64,000 nt of DNA from an uncultured delta proteobacterium (GTDB taxonomy: Bacteria; Desulfobacterota; Syntrophia; Syntrophales; UBA5619), in assembly GCA_963817385.1 (NCBI GenBank), contig CAWFOM010000001.1, positions 288,001 to 352,000 of the forward strand, given 5' to 3'. The position numbers and the translations under genes were made by a program. Below the pieces are notes generated by a model. It did no database searches and was not told where the DNA came from. It worked only from the letters and a program-made list of their open reading frames with translations. How positions within the stretch are numbered: the first letter of the stretch is position 1; every line of letters starts with the position of its first letter. Of the stretch, positions 8,066-17,615 are shown in pieces.

Positions 8066-9704
8066 CTATTGGTGGTCCGATGCCGCCGGACACGATTCCG
8101 TCTTGCCCTCTTTGATCGTAATCGCAAAGTCCGGGCATACATACAGGCACTTCAGACATCCCACACAACGATCCGAACTTTTCACCACCGCCGGTTTGTA
8201 CCCGCCGGCGTTGAAGGTATCCGAGGTGGCAAAGATGTCCATCTGGCACAGCTCCCTGCAGTAACCGCAATCCTTGCAGATGACCGCGTTCACCTCCACC
8301 GTGTACTGCCGGATGTCGCACGCCAGGCACCGCTCGGCCTCGGCGGCGGCGGTTTCCTCGTCGTAGCCGGCTTCGACGACGCCGAATCCTTTGAGCCTGC
8401 TCTTCACGGGAACGCATACCGGCCGCGGCCGGCGCATCCCCGGGGGATTCGTCTCCGGCAGCTCCGCCCCCGCATCTGCGGGCACTCCCCCATCGATCCT
8501 TCCCTCGCCGCCGAGATAACGGTCGATGGAGACAGCGGCCAGACGGCCCTGGGCGATGGCGTCGATGATCGTCTTCGGTCCTAAGACCGCATCCCCGGCG
8601 GCGAAGATCCCCCGGGCCGGCGTGGCCAGCGCGGCGTCGACCCTGGCCGTACCATCGGCATTCGCCTCCAGCTTCAGGGCCCCCGCATCGGCCGTCTGTC
8701 CGACAGCCATGATGACCGTCTCGCAGGGGAGCGAAAACTCGCTCCCTTCGATGGGCACCGGCCGCGGTCTCCCGCTTGCGTCAAGGGGGCCGGCAGCCAT
8801 CCTGATGCAGACGACCTTCCCCTTGGAGATCCTGATCGGCGCGGCCATGAATTCAATGCGCACCCCTTCCTCTTCCGCCTCCGCGACTTCCTCCGGGGAG
8901 GCCGGCATCTCCGCACGGCTCCGGCGGTAGACGAGACGGGTCTTCGCCCCCATCCGGACGCCGGCCCGCGCCGCATCGATGGCGGTGTTCCCGCCGCCGA
9001 CCACGATGACTTTCTTGCCGATGGCGCTGTCTCACGCCCGAATTCACCTCCTGGAGGAAGGCGAGCCCGTCCATGACCGGGAGAGAGGCCTCCCCTTCAA
9101 TGCCCATCTTCACCGCCCTCCAGGCGCCGGACGCCGCCAGAACGGCGTCATACCCCTTCGCCAGGAGCTCACGGGCCGACGAGACCGGTGCGTCGGTCAC
9201 GATCTCGACGCCGCGGGAGGCGATCATGGCGATCTCCCGATCGAGGATGTCGTTCGGGAGGCGATACTCCGGGATGCCGTAGCGCAGCATTCCTCCCGCC
9301 CGGGGGCGCGCCTCGAACACCGAAACGGCGTGTCCCAATCCTGCCAGGTAATAGGCCGCCGTCAGGCCGCACGGACCGGCGCCGATGATGGCCACCCTCT
9401 TCCCGGTCGGCTTCGCCTTGCGCTCATAGGCCAGGACGCCCCCGCTTTTCTCATAGGCCGCTCTTTTGAGCATGCGGATCGCAATCGCCTCGTCATACTG
9501 GATGCGCGCGCATTTGCTCTCGCAGGGGTGAACGCAGGCATAGCCGCACACCGCGGGAAAGGGGATCTTCTCCCGGATCACGGCCAAGGCCATGTCAAAG
9601 TCCCGGTTCCGGATATGTCTGATGTACCGCGGAACATCGATCCCCGCAGGACAGGCCTCCCGGCACGGAGCAATCGTTATTGTCTGATCGCCTGAAGCTC
9701 CCAT
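8066..9704 (-). CDS. GltD/NfnB-like FAD-dependent oxidoreductase with a C-terminal 2x[4Fe-4S] KorD-like ferredoxin; frameshift near 9025
   Basis: APCREACPAGIDVP, GAGPCG and GGGNTAIDAAR motifs; C-terminal CKDCGYCRELC and CVGCLKCLYVCPDFAI; split across ORFs 8853-9842 and 8066-9004. Confidence 0.85.
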
Positions 9705-9789
9705 TCCAACTCCTTTCCGACTCTTATCATCCCGCTTTCCGTCCCGGCCGCCGCATCGGAGGCGCAGCCGGGGAAAGCCGCTCTTCGCA

Positions 9790-10329
9790 TTATCCTGACC
9801 CGGCAAGCTCCCCACCCGCCTGGAGGGCCTTGAGGTTCGCATCCAGAACAGCTCCCGAAAAACGCCTCTTGATCACCTCCGCCAGGCTCTCCGTACCGAC
9901 CATCCCGAACATCTTCGCCATGTAGCCCAGGGCTATGATGTTCGCCATCCCCACATGGCCCATCCGGCTTGCCATCTCCGTGAACGGCTGGCCGTAAAGA
10001 CGCTCCCCCTGGCGCGGCCTCAAGAGGGTCGTGTCATAAACAATCGCGGCGCCCCGTCCGAGGAGCTCCTGGAACTTTTCCATCGCCTCTTCCGTCAAGG
10101 CCAGCACGACATCCGCATTCTGAACCTGCTGAAAGATAATCTCCTCCCGGTCGATGATCACCTCGGCCATGGAGAAACCGCCTCTCGTGGCGATGCCGTA
10201 CGAGACGGTCTGGACGACGTTCTTCTCCTCCAGGATCGCCGCTTCCGCCAGCATGATGCCGGATACCACCAGACCCTGCCCGCCGGATCCGGCCATGATG
10301 ACTTCATACCGCTCTTTCTTCCCATCCAT
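9790..10329 (-). CDS. 2-oxoacid:ferredoxin oxidoreductase gamma subunit (KorC-like)
   Basis: AGSGGQG, SYGIATRGG and ANIIALG motifs. Confidence 0.92.
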   Translation of the reverse strand: MDGKKERYEVIMAGSGGQGLVVSGIMLAEAAILEEKNVVQTVSYGIATRGGFSMAEVIIDREEIIFQQVQNADVVLALTEEAMEKFQELLGRGAAIVYDTTLLRPRQGERLYGQPFTEMASRMGHVGMANIIALGYMAKMFGMVGTESLAEVIKRRFSGAVLDANLKALQAGGELAGSG

Positions 10330-10367
10330 CGTCTGTCGTACCTTCCCGGGGTGTTTTTCAACACCCT

Positions 10368-11192
10368 TTAGCCTTTCTTGGCCATTGCCTTGACCCGGAT
10401 CTCTTCATATCGCGTGTTGAAGTCCGGCTCGTCGCGGTCCACCAGCTTCCCGACGGGGAAATAGCCCTCCCGAGCGGAGGCGCTCAGACAGTTGTACTCC
10501 TCCACGGGGAGACCTTTTTCCTGCATCCAATGGAGCATCTCCCGGGTCTCTTTCATGGCGTTGTTCTTGCCGAAATGGGTGGGGCAGGGACTGAAGACCT
10601 CCACGAGGGAAAATCCTTTCTTGTTCAGGGCCTCTTTGATGCGCTCCTTGAGCTCCCAGCCGCGGTAGGGGGTCTCCCGGGCCACATAATTGGCGCCGGC
10701 GACCTGGGCCAGGGCGCAGATATCAAAATCCCGCTCCGGGTTTCCCCAGGAGGTGGTGCTCGTGAAACTGCCGCCCGGCGTGGTGCCGGAGACCTGCCCC
10801 CCCGTCATCCCGTAATTGAAGTTGTTGATGATGATCGCCGTCAGATCGATATTCCTCCGGGCCGCATGGATAAAGTGATTTCCGCCGATGGTGACGCTGT
10901 CCCCGTCCCCCATCACGACCACCACGTGCAGCCGCGGATTGAAGGCCTTGATCCCCGTCGCGTACGCCAGGGCGCGCCCGTGCGTCGTGTGAAGGGCGTT
11001 GGTAACCAGGTAGTCATCGGCCTTCCCGGTGCAGCCGATCCCCGTCACGACGACGGTATCGCTGTTCTGATAATCCAGCTCCTCGAACGCCCGCAGCATG
11101 GCCCCCAGCATGACGCCGATCCCGCAACCGGCGCACCACATGTGCGGCAGCACCCCCTCCTTCAGATATCGTAAGCCCGTCGCATGTGCCAT
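10368..11192 (-). CDS. 2-oxoacid:ferredoxin oxidoreductase beta subunit (KorB-like, TPP-binding)
   Basis: WCAGCG, GDGD...GGNH, NYGMTGGQ and SPCPT motifs. Confidence 0.93.
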   Translation of the reverse strand: MAHATGLRYLKEGVLPHMWCAGCGIGVMLGAMLRAFEELDYQNSDTVVVTGIGCTGKADDYLVTNALHTTHGRALAYATGIKAFNPRLHVVVVMGDGDSVTIGGNHFIHAARRNIDLTAIIINNFNYGMTGGQVSGTTPGGSFTSTTSWGNPERDFDICALAQVAGANYVARETPYRGWELKERIKEALNKKGFSLVEVFSPCPTHFGKNNAMKETREMLHWMQEKGLPVEEYNCLSASAREGYFPVGKLVDRDEPDFNTRYEEIRVKAMAKKG

Positions 11193-11224
11193 CTCTTCCC
11201 CCTGTTCATCCTGCCTTCAAACGT

Positions 11225-12352
11225 CTACCGGATCGCTTTCAGGATTGCCTGCGGCGTGATGATCTGCCCATTGTAGCTGTTGACCCGCCGGATATCCGCC
11301 CCTCCGCCCAGGACCCGCTGGACCTCGCCCGCCACCTGGCCGCTGTAGTTCATCTCCGTCACCACGACCGTCCTGGCCCTGCCCCCCAAGAGCGCCACCT
11401 CCCGATCGGCAAACGGCCACAACGTGATGAGCTGCAGGACGCCGGCCCTGATCCCCTCCTTGCGGAGCTCCAGCGCCGCCGCCCGGCTCGCGCGGGTGGT
11501 CACCCCGAAGGCGATCAAAAGGACGTCCGCATCCTCCGCGGCGAAGCTCTTGGTGAGGACGATCTCCTCCCGGTGCATCTCGATCTTCCGGTGCAACTGG
11601 GCCACCCGCCACGCCGCGTTGGCGGGATCGTTGTTGCTGTACCCGTCGGGGCCGTGCATCGAGCTCGACACATGGGTGATATAATCGCTCCCGTACGCCG
11701 CCAGCGGCGCCACGCCGTCCGCGTCCGCCGTGAAGGGCTTGTAGAGCTCCGGGGGCACGGTGGGCCTCTTCCGGTCGATCACCGCAAGATCCCCCGGCGC
11801 CGGGATGACGACGTTTTCCCGCAGATGGCCCACCACCTCATCGGGGGCAAGAATGACCGGGACCCTGAATTTCTCCGCAAAATTGAAGGCGGTCACGGTC
11901 AGGGAGAAACACTCCCCCACCGTCGCGGGGCACAGCGCGATCACCGCCTGGTCGCCATGCCTGCCCCAGCGGAGCTGCATCACATCCGACTGCGCAGGCT
12001 TCGTTGCCAGCCCCGTGCTGGGTCCGGAACGCTGCACATTGACCACCACGCAGGGAACCTCACCCATGACGGCAAGCCCCAGATTCTCCTGCATGAGCGA
12101 AAAACCCGGACCGCTCGTCGCCGTGAACGCCTTGGCGCCGGCCAGGGACGCCCCGATGATCGCCGCCATACTGGCGATCTCATCCTCCATCTGGAGATAA
12201 ACGCCGCCCACGAGCGGCATCATCTTCGAACATTCCTCGGCGATCTCGGACGAGGGGGTGATCGGGTATCCGGCATAAAACCGCGCGCCGGCATAAAACG
12301 CGCCCTCCGCGATGGCCTGATTCCCCTGCATCAGCCTTACATCCCTGCCCAA
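11225..12352 (-). CDS. 2-oxoacid:ferredoxin oxidoreductase alpha subunit (KorA-like)
   Basis: YAGYPITPSSE, TATSGPG and QRSGPSTG motifs. Confidence 0.93.
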   Translation of the reverse strand: MGRDVRLMQGNQAIAEGAFYAGARFYAGYPITPSSEIAEECSKMMPLVGGVYLQMEDEIASMAAIIGASLAGAKAFTATSGPGFSLMQENLGLAVMGEVPCVVVNVQRSGPSTGLATKPAQSDVMQLRWGRHGDQAVIALCPATVGECFSLTVTAFNFAEKFRVPVILAPDEVVGHLRENVVIPAPGDLAVIDRKRPTVPPELYKPFTADADGVAPLAAYGSDYITHVSSSMHGPDGYSNNDPANAAWRVAQLHRKIEMHREEIVLTKSFAAEDADVLLIAFGVTTRASRAAALELRKEGIRAGVLQLITLWPFADREVALLGGRARTVVVTEMNYSGQVAGEVQRVLGGGADIRRVNSYNGQIITPQAILKAIR

Positions 12353-12387
12353 TTTTCTCCACCCACCCTTTCTTTTATTCGTTCCTT

Positions 12388-13794
12388 TCAGGAACGGCGG
12401 CTGTGGATGATCGCCCGCTCAAGCCTTCGAATCACCCGCTCCTTCCCCAGGGTGACCATCACCTCGTCGATCCCGGGACTTACGGTCTTTCCCGTCAGGG
12501 CCACGCGGAGCGCCTGGGCGATCCATTTGAGCTTCGTCCCCCGCTCTTCGGCAAGCGCCCGGAGGAAGGTCTCCAGACCCTCTTTCGTATAATCGCCGAC
12601 GCCGGGCAGCCTCCCTGCGACCGCCTCCAGGTGGCCGGCATATTCCGGAGTCAAAAATTTTGCCGCCGCCTCAGGATCGTATTCCACCTCTTCCCGGAAG
12701 TAAAAGGCCCCCCCGTCGGCCATCTCCACCAGCGTCTTGGCCCGCGTCCGGAGGTCCGACACTGCCTTCGCAACGAACCGATGATCGGAAGTGTCGAATC
12801 CGCGTTGCCGCCAAAAGGGAATGATCACCTCGACCAGGCGCTCCGGGGGGTAGTCCATGATGTAATGCTGATTCAACCAGAGGAGCTTCTCCGGATTGAA
12901 GACGGCCGGAGATTTGCCGACCGCCTCCAGCGAGAACTCGCGGACGAGTTCCTCCATCGTAAAGATCTCCTGGTCGCCGTGGGACCAGCCGAGACGGACC
13001 AGATAATTGACCAGCGCCTCGGGCAGATACCCCATCTCCTGATAGGCCATTACCGACGTCGCACCGTGGCGCTTGCTGAGCCGCGCCTTGTCGGCGCCGA
13101 GGATCATCGGAACATGGCCGAACAGTGGGACCTCGTACCCCAACGCTTCAAAAATCTGAATCTGCTTGGGCGTGTTGTTCACGTGGTCGTCCCCCCGGAT
13201 GACGTGGGTGATCCCCATCTGGGCGTCGTCCACGACCACCGCGAAATTGTAGGTCGGATACCCATCGGCGCGCTCGATGATCAGATCGTCCAACTCTTCG
13301 TTGTTGAAAGAGATGTTCCCTTTGATGAGGTCGTGCACCACGGTCGCGCCCACCTCGGGGCCGCGGAATCGCACCACGGAGTCCGGGCATCTGGCCAATC
13401 CGCGGTCGCGGCAGGTCCCGTCATATTTCGGTTTCCGACCGCCGGCGAGGGCCGTCTTCCGCTTTGCCTCCAGCTCCTCCGGGGTGCAGGTGCAGTAATA
13501 GGCCTTCCCTTCGTCGATGAGCTTCTGCACCATCTCCTGGTGGATCTTGACCCTCTCCGCCTGGAAGTACGGCCCTTCGTCCCAGTTCAAACCGAGCCAG
13601 GTCATCGCATCCAGGATGGCCCGCGTCGATTCATCCGTCGAGCGGGCCTGGTCGGTATCCTCGATCCTCAGGACGAATGTCCCTTCATTCCTCCGCGTGT
13701 AAAGCCAGTTGAACAGGGCCGTCCGCGCGCCGCCGATATGGAGATAACCCGTCGGCGACGGGGCAAAGCGTGTTCTCATCCTCTCAATCGTCAT
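12388..13794 (-). CDS. gltX: Glutamate--tRNA ligase
   Basis: [20 protein letters not shown] and a zinc-finger CTC motif. Confidence 0.97.
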   Translation of the reverse strand: MTIERMRTRFAPSPTGYLHIGGARTALFNWLYTRRNEGTFVLRIEDTDQARSTDESTRAILDAMTWLGLNWDEGPYFQAERVKIHQEMVQKLIDEGKAYYCTCTPEELEAKRKTALAGGRKPKYDGTCRDRGLARCPDSVVRFRGPEVGATVVHDLIKGNISFNNEELDDLIIERADGYPTYNFAVVVDDAQMGITHVIRGDDHVNNTPKQIQIFEALGYEVPLFGHVPMILGADKARLSKRHGATSVMAYQEMGYLPEALVNYLVRLGWSHGDQEIFTMEELVREFSLEAVGKSPAVFNPEKLLWLNQHYIMDYPPERLVEVIIPFWRQRGFDTSDHRFVAKAVSDLRTRAKTLVEMADGGAFYFREEVEYDPEAAAKFLTPEYAGHLEAVAGRLPGVGDYTKEGLETFLRALAEERGTKLKWIAQALRVALTGKTVSPGIDEVMVTLGKERVIRRLERAIIHSRRS

Positions 13795-14213
13795 GGTACG
13801 CCACCCGATATTCTTCCCGGAGGGGTCTCGTTCGGAACGGGCGCCTGTCAAGCCGGTTTCCCCGGATCCGGGATACATTTTCACGCCATATAGGACCGCG
13901 CCCGTCATTTTGTCAAGGCGGATTTCGGCGACCATGGCGGGAGGGAAATCCATCGTCCCCGGTTTTCCGGCTGTACGGGAGTTCTGCTTCAGTCCCCCCA
14001 GATTCCATTTGAATTTGCGGTTCATTGAGTCTATAAGTTCATGAAGAACAACGCGGGAAAAGGACAAGCAGGCAAGCGATGACCCGGACATCGGTGTCAC
14101 AATCTCCGGCGGGAAATCAGCCTGGCCGTGAAAAGTAAGACGACTGATAAATTATCCTTGACAAGACAGACGGTTTATAATTTACTTCAACCCTTTATAC
14201 GGAACGTCCCTGC

Positions 14214-14376
14214 GCTGGGAGGATGTTGAAAAACAGCCTCTTAATGCAGGCTGTTCAAAAACGGTTAGATGCAAGGCGCGCAAAAACCGAAGAGCGAGGC
14301 GTATATGGATATACGTTGAGCGATGAGGGTTGCAGCGCAACGCAGCAGATGAGCGTTTTTCAACAGCTTGCTGGGA
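14214..14376. mobile_element. MITE-like miniature element with terminal inverted repeats and flanking direct repeat
   Basis: GCAGGCTGTTCAAAAACG (14246-14263) versus CGTTTTTCAACAGCTTGC (14354-14371), 16/18 inverted match; second left-end copy GGATGTTGAAAAAC at 14221; GCTGGGA at 14214 and 14370. Confidence 0.65.
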
Positions 14377-14411
14377 CATCGTCGTGTTCCGTATCAGGAA
14401 GGGGCAGTTTT

Positions 14412-14930
14412 TTGAAGATCAGCGTGAGCAAGATCCCCGAGGGGGGAATGGACCTCTCGTTCGAAAAGGACGGGAAATGGTTCCGGGGCTTTCTTCCGGA
14501 AGCGGAGCCGTTCGATTTCGTTCTCCACAGGATAGATGTCGTCTGTACCGTCAGGAGGATGAAGGAAACCGTCTTTATCGAGGGAAGCGCGTCGACCACC
14601 GTGGAGGCGCCGTGTTGCCGCTGTCTGGAGATGACTGATCTGCCGGTCCGGGCCTCGTTCAGATATACGTTTTGTCCTCCTCCTGATCAACCGCAGGAGG
14701 AGTGGGAATTGAGCACCGAGGATCTCGAACTTGCCTATTACGAAGAGGATACGATCGACCTGGACCGCCTGATCTTTGAACAGATCATGCTGCAATTGCC
14801 GATCAAACCGCTCTGCGGGGAAACCTGCAAAGGGCTATGTCCCCACTGCGGCATCAATCTGAATGCGGCAAGCTGTGACTGTCGGATCGAAACCTTTGAT
14901 GAGCGGCTTGCCGCCCTGAAGAAAATTTAA
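14412..14930 (+). CDS. yceD: YceD/DUF177 family protein
   Basis: TTG start after AGGAAGGGG; CCRCL and PLCGETCKGLCPHCG motifs; upstream of rpmF. Confidence 0.9.
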   Translation: MKISVSKIPEGGMDLSFEKDGKWFRGFLPEAEPFDFVLHRIDVVCTVRRMKETVFIEGSASTTVEAPCCRCLEMTDLPVRASFRYTFCPPPDQPQEEWELSTEDLELAYYEEDTIDLDRLIFEQIMLQLPIKPLCGETCKGLCPHCGINLNAASCDCRIETFDERLAALKKI

Positions 14931-14978
14931 AATTCAACCCGAGAAACATTAACATTAAGGAAAGAGGAGTTACCCATT

Positions 14979-15164
14979 ATGGCAAATCCAATAAAAAGAC
15001 ATTCCCGATCCAGGAAGAACATGAGAAGGGCCCACGATTTTCTGAAGCCGGTGTTGGCGTCCGCGTGTCCGCAATGCCATGAGCCTAAGCTGCCCCACCA
15101 CGCCTGCCCCAACTGCGGCACCTACAAGGGAAGGGAAATCGTCCCGATCGAAAAGGCCTCCTGA
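14979..15164 (+). CDS. rpmF: 50S ribosomal protein L32 (Zn-binding type)
   Basis: MANP...RRAH...CPQC...PHHACPNCGTYKGR. Confidence 0.97.
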   Translation: MANPIKRHSRSRKNMRRAHDFLKPVLASACPQCHEPKLPHHACPNCGTYKGREIVPIEKAS

Positions 15165-15185
15165 ACCACCGGTCGATAAACACCC

Positions 15186-15270
15186 ATGACTGACTTCGAT
15201 CTCGTTTTCATCGGACAGAGATCTCGGACACCAAGGCATGGCTCAGGATCGCTACCGGGGAGATCAGACC
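15186..15270 (+). pseudogene. Degenerate fabD N-terminal remnant
   Basis: MTDFDLVFIGQRSR / QGMAQDRY resembles the FabD start AFxFPGQGSQxxGMxxDL; syntenic position. Confidence 0.4.
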
Positions 15271-15307
15271 GTATCGGCATTGAATGCCCGAGCGGGAGCA
15301 TAGACCC

Positions 15308-15400
15308 ATGCAAGGACAAACGGCGCTGATCACGGGGGGCTCGCGAGGGATAAGCTGAGCCGTAGCCCCGAAACTGGCCGGTGCAACGGAGAGAAGCGTT
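15308..15400 (+). pseudogene. fabG: fabG N-terminal remnant
   Basis: MQGQTALITGGSRGIS*AVAPKLA is the SDR TGxxxGIG motif with an in-frame TGA at 15356; directly before acpP. Confidence 0.7.
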
Positions 15401-15448
15401 CACTCCCCTGCCGGAGCAGGGACCATATTCATCAAGGAGGAAGTTCAC

Positions 15449-15694
15449 ATGACACTCGAAGAAAAGGTCATCAGCATTATAACCGAGCAACTGGACGTCA
15501 CCCGTGAAGAATGCATTCCTGCGGCCTCATTCATCGACGATCTCGGGGCAGACTCCCTCGACCTTGTGGAATTAATTATGGAAATGGAAGAGACCTTCGA
15601 CATCCAAATCGCTGACACCGAACTCGAAAAGATCCGTACCATCCAGGATGTGCTCGACTATCTCAAGAACAGGGGCGTCGTCTGGCATGAATAA
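15449..15694 (+). CDS. acpP: Acyl carrier protein
   Basis: [15 protein letters not shown] motif. Confidence 0.96.
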   Translation: MTLEEKVISIITEQLDVTREECIPAASFIDDLGADSLDLVELIMEMEETFDIQIADTELEKIRTIQDVLDYLKNRGVVWHE

Positions 15695-15817
15695 GGTCCG
15701 GCAGCCGGCGCCGGACGCACCTGTTGTCGGGGAAACCCGCCCTCGGGGCGGAGATTGGAAAACGCGCTCCCGGTCGGAAGGCCGGCATTCCGTTTCATTG
15801 AAAAGGGGGATTATCCG

Positions 15818-17059
15818 TTGAAAAGAAGAGTGGTCATCACGGGCATGGGCGCCGTAACGCCGCTCGGCAACTCTGTGGCGGAAACGTGGGAAGGGATCTG
15901 CCGGGGGAAATCCGGCATTGACAGAATCACCAAGTTCGACACGACGACCTTCGAGACGAAGATCGCCGGCGAGTTGAAAGGGTTCGATCCGCTCAAGTAC
16001 GTGAACAGAAAAGAGCTCCGGCGTGTGGATGATTTCATCGTCTACGCCCTGGCCGCCGCTGAAATGGCCCTGGCCGACGCCGGCCTGATCGCCGGCGCTC
16101 ACGAGGCGGAAAGGACCGGCGTGATCATCGGCTCCGCAATCGGGGGGCTGGCCACCATCGAGCGGGAAAAAGAGGCGGTCCTCCTGGGGGGACCCCGAAA
16201 GATGTCCCCGTTCACCATCCCGGCCGCGCTGGCCAATCTGGCCGCCGGCCATGTTTCGATCCGCTTCGGGGCGAAGGGACCGATCAACTGCAGTGTCACC
16301 GCCTGCGCCACTGGGTCCTGCTCCATCGGCGACGCGTCCCGGATCATTGCCGGGGGGTATGCGGACGTGATGATCGCCGGCGGCGTGGATGCGGCGATCA
16401 CCCCGCTATGTATCGCCGGATTCAACGCCATGCGGACCATCTCGAAGCGCAACGACGAACCTCAGAGGGCGAGCCGCCCCTTCGACCGGGAGCGCGACGG
16501 TTTTGTCATCAGCGAGGGGTGCGGCTTGGTCATTCTGGAAGCCCTGCCCCATGCCTTGGAACGCGGCGCCCGGATCTACGGCGAACTCGCCGGGTACGGC
16601 AACACCAGTGACGCGTTCCACATGGCGGCCCCGCCCGACGGGCATGAAGGCGCCGCCCGGTGCATGAAGGCCGCCCTGCGGGATGCGGGAATGGATGCGG
16701 CCGATATCGATTACATCAACGCCCACGGGACCTCTACCATGATGAATGACGCCTTTGAGACCGAGGCGATTAAAACCGTCTTCGGGGAGCACGCGCGCCG
16801 ACTCGCCGTCAGTTCGACCAAATCGATGACCGGCCACATGCTGGGGGCAGCCGGGGGGCTGGAGGCGATCCTCTGCCTGAAGGCGATCGGTGAAGGAGTG
16901 CTTCCCCCGACGATCAACCTCGACACCCCGGATCCCGATTGCGACCTGGACTACGTGCCCCATCAGGCGAGACCGAGCGAGATCCGCACCGCCATGTCCA
17001 ACACCTTCGGTTTCGGCGGAGTGAATGCAGTGCTGATCTTCAGAAAAATGGACGAATAG
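15818..17059 (+). CDS. fabF: 3-oxoacyl-ACP synthase II
   Basis: RRVVITGMG, TACATG, NAHGTST, GHMLGAAG and FGFGG motifs; TTG start. Confidence 0.96.
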   Translation: MKRRVVITGMGAVTPLGNSVAETWEGICRGKSGIDRITKFDTTTFETKIAGELKGFDPLKYVNRKELRRVDDFIVYALAAAEMALADAGLIAGAHEAERTGVIIGSAIGGLATIEREKEAVLLGGPRKMSPFTIPAALANLAAGHVSIRFGAKGPINCSVTACATGSCSIGDASRIIAGGYADVMIAGGVDAAITPLCIAGFNAMRTISKRNDEPQRASRPFDRERDGFVISEGCGLVILEALPHALERGARIYGELAGYGNTSDAFHMAAPPDGHEGAARCMKAALRDAGMDAADIDYINAHGTSTMMNDAFETEAIKTVFGEHARRLAVSSTKSMTGHMLGAAGGLEAILCLKAIGEGVLPPTINLDTPDPDCDLDYVPHQARPSEIRTAMSNTFGFGGVNAVLIFRKMDE

Positions 17060-17071
17060 AGGAATACGCGT

Positions 17072-17539
17072 ATGGCAGGGGAAAAGATCATCATCGGCGC
17101 AGATCATGCCGGCTACACCCTCAAGGAGGCCCTCAAGCCCCTTCTCACGGAGATGGGGTTCGACGTCACCGATGCCGGGACGGACAGCGACCGGCCCGCG
17201 GACTACCCCGATTTCGCCGCCCGCGTTGCCGAAGCGGTTTCCACCGGCGTTTTCCCGAGGGGAGTTCTGATCTGCGGCTCCGGCGTGGGGATGGCGATCG
17301 TCGCCAACCGGTTCCCCGGCGTCAGAGCAGCCGTCTGTCTCGACGAGGAGACGGCGCGCTCGAGCCGGATGCATAACGACTCCAACGTCCTTGTGCTGGC
17401 GGGGAGAAAAACGGATCCGGAGACCGCCCGGGCGATCGTCCGGGTGTGGCTTGCGACCCCGTTCGAAGGGGGGCGCCACCAGAAACGTCTCGACAAGATC
17501 ACCGATACGGACATGCGATTGCGCACGAAAAAGGAATAA
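17072..17539 (+). CDS. rpiB: Ribose-5-phosphate isomerase B
   Basis: GADHAG, CGSGVG, HNDSN and FEGGRH motifs. Confidence 0.96.
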   Translation: MAGEKIIIGADHAGYTLKEALKPLLTEMGFDVTDAGTDSDRPADYPDFAARVAEAVSTGVFPRGVLICGSGVGMAIVANRFPGVRAAVCLDEETARSSRMHNDSNVLVLAGRKTDPETARAIVRVWLATPFEGGRHQKRLDKITDTDMRLRTKKE

Positions 17540-17615
17540 CGACAGACAGAAGCACACTTCGGCGATCGCAGTGCGCGGACGCCGGGAATAACAACAAACG
17601 GGAGCAGATACATTC

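Noticed and set aside
5047..13893. Long plus-strand ORFs (586, 329, 468, 496 aa)
   Set aside because: Antisense shadows of well-identified GC-rich minus-strand genes; no motifs.
14158..14186. TTGACA/TATAAT promoter pair upstream of yceD
   Set aside because: The two perfect hexamers are only 12 nt apart; a promoter is likely nearby but the -10 cannot be assigned.
14223..14411. N-terminal extension of yceD
   Set aside because: Read-through of the MITE-like insert; the true start is the TTG at 14412 with an RBS.
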